DNA of 25,000 nucleotides from NCBI GenBank assembly GCA_017499595.2, contig JAFIQS020000021.1:1-25000 (forward strand), read 5' to 3'. Below, piece by piece: positions 10,656-20,800 of the stretch (position 1 is its first letter; every line of letters begins with the position of its first letter). This stretch comes from Psilocybe cubensis. Lineage: Eukaryota. The position numbers were made by a program, and so were the translations under genes. Under the pieces are notes generated by a model. That model made no database searches and was not told the origin of the DNA. It saw only the letters and a program-made list of their open reading frames with translations.

Positions 10656-13600
10656 ATGGTTTCCATCAACTCTGCTTATGCTCCTGCTTCTCCCAAGCCT
10701 ACATATGCCGATGTGGTTGCTGGTGATTGCTCGCCCTCTGCTGAATACAAGTAAGCCGTTCCATGTTATTCTATGTACAGTTTATGATTTTAAACGTTGT
10801 GCGTTGTAACAGACATCGTCCTGCAAAAGGCATTCGCAACGTCATAATCCACGTCAAACCCGACAACAAAGAAGATTCTTTTTCTGTTGCCACTGACTCT
10901 GATGACGGACCGTTAGACAGCGTCGCCTCTCGCATTGCTGCCGCAAAGGTCGTCAAACCGGGGAACAAGACTGTTGCGTACGTGTATCCCATACTATCTT
11001 ACCCTGTGTCTTCAATCACGCACGTCGTTTACATGCGTTCCTTCCGTTTTCTTATCTCTGTATTGCAGCGGATCAGATGCGTTGGACAATTTTGTTAGGA
11101 AGACCAGGTCAACAAGTGGCTTGTATGATTTTAGCTGCACATTCCGCACTTTTTTTCTTTTGTTTTGACTACTTTATTGTCGTTATAGGAAACGCGATAT
11201 CGAAGATGCTGCGCTCGTTTGTTCCGATGAGGAGTTGCCGTTAGTGAAATTGCAATCTGATAACCCTTATGTTATGCTGATATTTTGGTTTTGTTATATA
11301 TTTACCTCAGAGCCCGAATTTCCCCTCCGAAGAAGAGTCGTACATCCGTCAGCGCGAACGTTGATGCGACTGTCAATCACGTATCTTACTCGAGTGATTC
11401 TTCGGTCGAAGTCATTCGAGTCGTCGATAATTCGTAAGTTTTACTGCTTGTATCAAATCTCGCCATTATTTCGTTCTGCTTAATACCGTTGGATACTCTG
11501 AACAGAGCCAACGCCCGATATCAGAAGGGTATTAGTGATGCCATATTAGTCGATGATTCATCCGCGGATGAAATGGTCTCTGTTCATCCTACCAGCGGGT
11601 ATGTTTATCATTTACATCTTTTATGTTATTATGTCATACGTTCTCACATCCGCGTATTACAATTCGTGCTCCTGTCAGAGCAAAACCGAATAAACAGAAA
11701 GGCAAGAAGCCACAGAAGACAATGCCCCAAACGGTCCGTATCAAACAAGAGCCTGGCATTGTCATAAAGCAAGAAGCATCTGCTCGTCCCACGTCCGTAT
11801 TGCCCTCTGAAGTTATGGTTAAGAAAGAGTCTGTCGATGTTCATATCCCTCTTGCACCGGATAACGTTGCGTCCACCCCCACAAAGAAAGACAAAGGAAA
11901 ATCATCCGTTTCAAAGAAGGGCTCTGTTGGGATTCGTAGATCCGCTCGGCGTTCGGAAGCTGCGATCGAGCGAGTACCGTTCTCTTTTATTCCACATTGC
12001 GATTGACTGACGTCCTGCTCTTAGTCTGTCGGTGTCTCCGCTGAAGATTGGGTCTGAAATTTCTGGATCTGCTGTTTTGTCTCCACCCATTACTTTGCAG
12101 GGTGATGCTGATTCTGATATCAACCCCTTCTTGCCGTCACCTGAAGTCATTTTGGGCACCAAGTATGTGTATGCTCTAAAAGTCTACGTGAGCATCACTT
12201 AACTTGATTTACAGAATTCCAGGAAAAGGCAAATCCATTCGCATTGTTCTTCCCAGCGGTCCAATCGATCTTCACGAAGATGAAGCTATGATGTTTGCGT
12301 CAGTAATGTTCATTTGTGGTGTTTTTCTTTTATCACTTCTTAATCGGGTTTGATCAGGCACGCGGTCAGAGAGAGTCGAATGCATCAGACCACTTATCCA
12401 TCTTCCAATGCTCTCCCCAGCGGTCCTTCCTCTAGCAAGTTGCTCAAAGCGCTCGATGATGCGTATGAAAAGTACAGTGAAGCAGATGCTCTTAAAACCG
12501 AACATTCGACTTTGGACCCCCCTGTTCAATTTAAGGCGTCTGTAATAAGGTAAATATCCGTCATGCCAATATATGTGATCGTCTTTATCTACCTTTATTC
12601 AACAGTGCCAAATCTATCGACGCGCATTCTGATGTGGTTATGGCCAGTCTTTCTGAACAGCCAAAAACTCGACAAGTGCAGTTTCAATCTTCTTTGACAG
12701 CTGTTCCAATCAATGCCGCTGTTGAAGCTCCCCCTACACCTGTCACTCCAGTTCGAGTTCCCCGCAAGTTCAAGGATGTTGTGCCTGCCGGTCCTGTGAA
12801 CAAAACTCCCAGTCTTGGATTGAACGGGCCGGCTCTGATGGAGGATACCATGCGCTTCTCGGTCAAGTAAGTTAACGTACCCATATGTCATCTTCAATCT
12901 GTTGTCTGACTTGATTTGTGTCTGACCTTAAGACATCTGCCGAAGAAATGCGAAGTTACGAAGACAGATTTACAAGATAGTCTTTTAGAAAGCACTTACG
13001 TTGACCTTCCCAATCTTCAGTAAGTTTTTACCTTCTAAGATAATCGATGTTTTGTTTTGACTATTTCAAGGCATGGTATTCTCAAGCAATGGAACTCGCC
13101 TAATGTCATGGCACCAGTCGACTGTGTTTCTTTTTCTCTCTGCGGTGAGAATTTCCCTGAGATGAATTTTGAGTGAGTTTCGTAAAGCCTTTGCTATACT
13201 TTACTTAATGATGCGTATTGCTTACTCTCTCTACTATGTTATATAGAAACGCTTATGACGCTGTGACTTTTGTAAGGAACAAGAACTTTATCAATCCTTC
13301 GCGGGTTTCGCCTCTGGACGTCAGCATCCTGTATATGGGAAACGATCGTAAGCGTGCCACTTTGCAGTGCAACTCGGTGCCTGCTATCTGCCTGAGTGCA
13401 ATTCTCACCCGCGATTCGTATCTATTGGAGCCGATATCCAAAGGACTGTGTAACAAATTTTTGTCTGGTCACATGATGCACCAGGAGTGGGAACGCTTCG
13501 CTGGATTTGCTTGCATGGCGTTCGGACATCAGGTTATGGTAGCCTCTATCCGTGATAAGGCAATCACCTTTGGCACTATGGGAGTTAAATGTCAGTGGGC

Positions 13601-14123
13601 ACATATGCTTACTTTTTTTTTTTTTTCTTTTTGTACTCACTCAGACACTCACTCAAATAGCGGAGCGGGAATCAATCTCTCCTTCAAAACCTCCTAGGAC
13701 ACCCGGCATACTTTCTGGACAGAAAGATGCCAAACTCCAAGGAGGAAGCCGAAAAGCACTTAAATCAAGCACCAGGTTCAAGACCATGATGGATTCAACC
13801 GACACTAGTAAGTTATCAACATTGTATGTGCTTCAAACCACTGACAATGTCATATATTAGTTCCCATATATGATTCACGTAACCATGCCTTCAATTTCAA
13901 CACTGACCTCGACCGGTTAGACGAATTGCTACCTAGATGGCGTCGCGGAGAGATTCCACCTAACTCCTTTGTTATGGTGGCGTACACTATGACTCAATAC
14001 GAGAAGGAACGGTCATTTCATCTGTGTACCAACATACAGTATGCCGTTGTGTTCGGTACGGAACACGATACCAGCGACATAGAGGCAGAACAGGAGTCCT
14101 TTGCAGGTTTTGATGAAGACTGA
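10656..14123 (+). CDS. Uncharacterised ~829-aa protein, 16 exons: long S/P/K-rich disordered N-terminus, globular C-terminal region (candidate OB-fold) and acidic tail
   Basis: Exons 10656-10750, 10813-10977, 11069-11122, 11189-11239, 11311-11433, 11506-11598, 11679-11969, 12025-12162, 12215-12298, 12358-12549, 12606-12866, 12933-13019, 13071-13172, 13247-13590, 13661-13807, 13861-14123 (2490 nt, open; intron 7 needs a GC donor). The C-terminal part reads FINPSRVSP, HQEWERFAGFACMAFG, IPIYDSR, LPRWRRGEIPPNSFVMVAYT, LCTNIQYAVVFG, DIEAEQESFAGFDED. The 3' exons are more secure than the 5' ones. Confidence 0.72.
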
Positions 14124-14512
14124 ATATTTCATTAAACCTAATGTCTTTTAATACACATAGTTATGGTATTATTTACATTCTCCTTGCTATCTGTTGTTAT
14201 TTTTTGGTATCATATACGTCGCGTAGTCTATTACTTCAATGTTTTTGTTCTTTCTTCGTGTCATTTGTACTCTGCTTCCTGTATCTTTGAATATCCAGTT
14301 AGTATTCTGTCTTATCAACTGCTTCGTATCATATTCTACTTGTCTTCCGTACAAATTTCTCCCGATATAATAATACATACATATTATCATGGCATTACAG
14401 TTGGACATATGCTTTTCCTTTGCGTGTCCCCTCTGCCAAAATTTAAGCGCCCGTTGTCAATAATCGTACGCTACACAGAGTTACCCGGTGTTACCTGTTG
14501 TCAGTGTCTACT

Positions 14513-14535
14513 TATATAAATCGAGGGTCCTCGAT
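14513..14535 (+). promoter_or_regulatory. Candidate TATA box with adjacent palindrome upstream of the Rep-helicase ORF
   Basis: TATATAAA at 14513-14520 overlaps the inverted repeat ATCGAGG-GT-CCTCGAT (14520-14535). A C11 run follows at 14567-14577. Confidence 0.3.
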
Positions 14536-14856
14536 GCGATTCCTTTAATTATTCCTACACATTCCTCCCCCCCCCCCTTGATCGATCTCACACTCATATC
14601 CATCAGACTAGTGAACATATCTATTTACCTTGAAACTTACATTACTCTTTTATATATGCTCGCCGCATCACTTCATTTCTACGCTCTTTTTATTTTAGTT
14701 TCTGGTTGGGGTGAGTTATCTTCTCCTTATGTGTACTGTGTATGATCTGACATTTGTCGCTATTTTGTAGGAATCCTATGTGGCCACATACAATGTTGCA
14801 TTAATGTACACTCCTTGAACGCATCCAATTATGCTGGTGATTCTCGAACAATATCG

Positions 14857-17800
14857 ATGCTTAGTAGTTGTATAGCTGTCAATCAACAGTTGTTTAAAAC
14901 AAATAATTGGTCAATAGACTTTTGCTTACCCTGTGGGGAATTTCCAACCTACGATGTTCGATTTCCTGGCAATAATCTATTGCGTAGTCGTACATGTACT
15001 AGATCTAGCAGCGTATCAAGTGGGCACAAAGTTTGTAGAGTGCGTCTTACTGTAGTATTAGTTCATGTTATGCATTGCTTGAATCGTACTACTACGTCCG
15101 CTTCTGAGATACCCGTCAAACAGTCCCACTCGTATGGAAATGTGCGTTTGTTGCACTCGCAATTTCGCCGCTTCATATATATTGATTGTCATTCAATGTC
15201 GGCTTATTTGTGGTTAAGATTCACGCCTGCAACGTATACACGTAGAGTTTCTATTTTAGTATCTCTGTTGCTCCAACGTAATCATCTCAGGAAGTGGGAA
15301 TATAATAGGTGCCTGGTAGCCATTTTGCCAAGATGCGCCTTGCATCAATTCACGCTCGACAGACATTACACGCAACCTCGTCTTTGGTCAGAGAAATATC
15401 CCTTCATTAATATAGTATCGAAGGGCGTTCTAATGTATCCGTTTCAGTGTTCCTGGTTATTCGGTCTCAACTATTTCCACTACATCTCATTTACTGCTAA
15501 TGTTTCTGAATGCTCATACTATCATCCTTCCGATGTCTTGCAAGGCGGAGGTGGCGGTGTTTCAAAGGTTGTCAGCTCAGAGATTTTGCGATACCGTGTG
15601 GTACAAGATACGGGATGTGCCTCCGTTCAAGCTAAAACTAAATACAGATTTGTGAAGTACCTTGCTACAGACGCTCACATTTCAACTTCCATTGACAATA
15701 TATCTGATTTAATAGTTGCTAGGTTCTCTCTCTTTGACACTGCTAGTTGGCTGTCTGTTTCTGAAATTAGGTCTATTGCAAGTTTACATGGAGTGTACGG
15801 CATCAATTCAACCACAAATAGAGGCAATGCCATTGAACTTTTGCGTGATCATGTGTGCGGAACTTGCCTTCGTAATGTCTGTATTTTTGAACGTGTGGTA
15901 TCAGTGTCAGATAGAAAAATTAAGAGCAATTCATCTTCTTGTAATCCAGATCGGCAGTTTGAACTTACAGACAGTGCTGTAAATTTTTCTCGCTTCGTTT
16001 CATCTGCTTTAATAGAAAGTCATATTGTACCCTATAGTGGCACAGCATCGTTTAATTATAGTGATACATACAAGTTCGTTAGGTATATGCCGTACATACG
16101 TGATTTAGAGTCATTTCTCTCTGCCGAAGCGTCCGCACCCCACAAACGCCGTCTAGTTCTTTGTCGATTTTCTATACAAAGTGCAACCAAATGGCTCACT
16201 TCAAGCGAGCTTCGGGATGTACTGAAAGAACACGGTATTACATCATTTAATTCCAAGACCAAAAAATCTGCTCTGATAAAATTAACAGATGGTCATGAAT
16301 GTGGTATATGTTCCACTCATTTATATATCTTTGAGGCAATACCTAGTACAGTCAATTCAGAAGAGTCAATCATGCATAATCGTAACCAAAATGTTCTACA
16401 TAAACGAGCATCTCGAGAACGTCAGAGGCAGGCAGGCGCAGAATCTGCTAATTCCGATGTTGACATGCTCAACGGTGATGCTTTTGTATCCACATCAGAC
16501 TCTGACCACACTTCAAACGACCATGTGTTTCCGCCACAACCACCGTCAAAGCTTCTGATAGAGGAAATCATCAATGGATTTTGCGCTGATTCATCTGCAT
16601 CTCTACTGGAGGAAGCAGGCTGCATGGTCTGCGGTCTGCTGCAGCCTTTGCATAATTTAACTCACTTGTCTATGTTTGATCATCCCCTTGACATACTCGC
16701 AGTTGAGGGAGCTACCCGTGTAGAGAGATTACATCCTGACGACCCGGTGAAGGACATCCCGGGCCCTGTGATCGATCCTGCATGTAACCATGTATGCGAT
16801 ACTTGCTCTGCTGCGTTGAAAAAAGGTCATGTGCCGAGACATTCGCTTGCAAATCATTTGTGGTTAGGTAAAATACCTTCTCAGCTGCAAGATCTTTCGT
16901 TTGCAGAGCGCATGATGATTGCTCGCATTCGGCATAATCGCTGTCTGGTCAGAGTTTCCTCTGGGCGGGCTAAAATGACAGCAAATGTCATCATGTACTC
17001 TAATCCAACGCTGAAAGTGTATCATGAATTACCTCCTTCAAAGCCAGAACTTGACGAGGTACTTGCCTTTATATTTACAGGACCAACCCAACCCACGGAA
17101 GAAGAGTTCAAGCGTAGTCCAATGCTAGTGCGTCGCAATAAGGTCGCAGATGCTCTGGAATGGTTGAAACTTAACCATAAGGATTATATTGATCTTGAAA
17201 TATCCAAGAAAAATCTCCAGTCTTACCCGCTGATAGGTGTCCCCGTAGCTGTAGACTACAGACAGCGCAACGGTACTAATCGTATGGAGTCTACAATGAG
17301 TCTACACGACGAAGGCGAAGATGAAGGAACTGTAGACGGACCTTGTCCGTTTACTGTCCATGGCTTGAGTGGAACAGACTATGGCAATATGTCCATACAA
17401 GCTTTGAAGGCAAAAGCCTTGCAACACATAGAAAATGAAGGCAAAATGCTAGCTATTGGGCATGATCCAAAACCGCAGTCTATGTACGATAATCCTCAGG
17501 CCTATCCGCAGATGTTCCCTTGGCTATTTCCTTACGGTTATGGTGGAATAGGTCAGCATTGTCATAAGCGTAAACTTTCAGAGTCAGAACATAAGCGAAT
17601 ACTGCTTATGCACCATGATAAGCGTTTCCAGCGCGACCTTTATTTTCCTATTATTGCATTCAATCACGAGCAACTGAAAGGTGGCGTTACTGGTAGCTTT
17701 CTTGTTGCAAAACGCCGTAATTTTGATGCGATATCTAAAAGATTGCTCTCTATAGACAAAACGGTTCTTCAAGACATTTCCTCTCGTCTTGTAAATGGGG

Positions 17801-20800
17801 ACCATGTATCACCTGAAACAGACAGTGAGAAAGACTGTTACAAACTTTTAGATGATCTTGACCACGTTGGAGGATATGTTAAAGGGTCAATCACGTCTAA
17901 AAAGTATATGCGCAATGAGATATGGTCTTTGCTTTCTTTCAAAGGTTGCCCAATATGGTTTATAACCTTGTCACCTGCCGATAACAGACATCCTATATCA
18001 ATATATTATGCCAAAGAACAGCTGACCTTTACACCAGACATATTACCTTCTTCTGAAAGGAATAGACTGGTTGCACAGAATCCCGTATCGGCTGCCCGTT
18101 TTTTTCATCTCATAATTGAATTGTTTATTAAACACGTGCTAGGCGTCGGATCCAATATTCATCGAGGTTTGTATGGTAAAACTTCAGCGTACTATGGTAC
18201 GGTAGAACAGCAGGGAAGACTCACCTTACATTTGCATATGTTACTATGGATTGAGAATTGCTTGTCTCCACAGCAAATCCGTGACCGTATTATGAACAAC
18301 GACTCTGCATTTCAGGCGAGCCTTCTATCATATTTGGAAGGCTGTCATCAAGGCGAATTTCTTACAGGAAACATGCAGACTGTTAAAGACCGCGTGCCAC
18401 ATATTTACGACAAAGAAATTGATGGACTTCATTCAATTATACAAGAGGATGACGAGGCTGTAAATTCCAGTTACGCAGATCCGACTCTAACACTCCCTAT
18501 ACCGGTAGAACATGCTTGTCAAGATTCCAATGGTCCGGACCACTGCACATCATGCATTTCTAATGCTGAATGGTGGGACAATTACGAAACTACAGTCGAT
18601 GATATCATATTGAAGTCCAATGTGCACAGATGCACTGTTTCATACGGTCAGCAAATTGATGACCCTGACGGATCAAAAGGTATAAAAAATATGCCTAAGG
18701 GCCCGAAAGGTTGCCTGGATTGGAATGGAAATTGTAAAGCACGATTTCCGCGAAGGCTGTACGAACAGTCTCAAGTCGATCACGTCGACGGTCACATATT
18801 TTTGAAAAAGTTGGAAGCGATGTTAAATACCTTTACTCTTCCGCTGTCGTACCTCACAAGAAGTAATACCGACGTGACATGTCTGTTGTCGGGTACTTCG
18901 ATAAAAGCAATAATATATTATATATCAGACTATATTAGCAAACCCGCATTGAAAACGTATCAGATATTTACCTCTATGTATGACGTGTTTGAACGTGAAG
19001 AAAAAAAAGTTAAAGACGATGTCAAGATTGAAGGTAAAGACGCAGGCAGAAGGTTGATGCTTAAAATTGTCAACTCTCTGTCTTCTAAGATGGAGATAGG
19101 TTCTCCGATGGCCTCCTTGTATTTATTGGGCAACCCTGATCATTACACTGATCATACCTTTGTACCTTTTTGGTGGAGAAGTTTTGTAAGTGACGCAAGG
19201 AGCAGTCATAAATCCGGTATCACTGATGACCAAGCCGCCCACCTACCTACCGTAGAGGATCTAGAAAATGCTGAAGATGAAGAACAGAAAGTTATATTAG
19301 CTCGACATGACGGTCATTATGTAGGTTCTAGTAATGTAGATGATTATAAATACCGCCCAGTCACTCAAGAAGACATGTCTCTATTCGACTGGATTAGATC
19401 TTATGAGCGCCGTAAGCTCACTAAAAATGAAATGGAGCGTTTGCGTAGTGAAACACTCACCTTCGAAGATGATCATGCGTCCGACATACGTGAAGGCGGG
19501 GGGATGGAAGATTTCATTGATGCATGTCTTGGTATACCTGCAGATGATGATTCTGATCAACGTGTTAAATATGACGGTGTGCGAAAAAATATTAAAATAA
19601 ACAAAAGAAGTTTTGAACGTTTCACTGAGGAGCACCCTCTTTATTCCACTCACGTAGTCAAATGTGACTCATCCCGAGCGCACAATATTGTCCCCAATTT
19701 TCTAGGCGGTCCCCTTCCACGGCGCGACAAAGGCGACAGAGAGTATTATTGTTGCAGTATGCTGACCTTGTTCAAACCTTGGAGGTCTGGGTTAGATTTG
19801 AAATCATTGCATCAGACTTGGGAACATGCATTCACCATTTACGCTTTTTCCGACCGACAGTTGAAACTAATGGATAACTTTAATCTGCGATATGAATGTT
19901 TAGACGACAGAGACGATTTTCACGCACAGTTAAGAAGGAAAGACGGAGAACAACAAGATGTTTACACGGATGAACTCTATCCTGATGGTTGCGGTCTCGA
20001 CGATCAATACAACGACTTTGTCGGCCTTGAATTCGGTGAAGATCATTTAGATTATGAAGAGATTGGTGAGGCATACCGCAGAGAGGTGTTGTTAAAGCGA
20101 GAAGTAGATGGCATCATACAATCTGCAGGATTGTTTTCTAACGCCTCTAGCGATGTTACATGTCAAGAAGTCAGCATGTTCAGGCCTGCTGAATACAAGA
20201 CGCATACGAGCTGGGCATCTCTAATAAAAGCTGAAAAAATTAGACTGTTTAAACAGAAGTTGTCCGGTTACGTGCCTTCAGATCCCTCAGATGATATAAC
20301 AAACATTCATATTTCCAACGAAGAGTCTACTAATGACGTCAAAGTAGTTTCTTCGGATTATCTGCTCAGGTCGTACAAGGCAAAGCAAATGGAACATAAT
20401 GTGTTAGTAGATTCTACAGTCGCCGATTTCACCTTGAATACGGAACAGGAAAGGGCTTTCCGTATTGTTGCCAATCACGCTAGTTTGCTGTCGCCTGGTC
20501 AGCTGAGGATGCATCTCGGTGGCATGGGCGGTACTGGCAAAAGTCAAGTGATCAAATCTATCATTCATATGTTTGAGTCGAGAGGCGAATCTCACCGATT
20601 TGTGGTTCTCGCACCCACAGGTACCGCTGCTGCACTCCTCAACGGATCTACTTATCACAGTGTATTAGGAATACGGTCCAAGTCGGATCGTGGTCAAGAC
20701 TTTTCAAAAAACGAAGTCGCAGTAATAAATGACGTACGAGCTCGATTAAAGGGTGTCAAGTATATCTTTATTGATGAAATATCTATGCTGTCGTCGAGGG

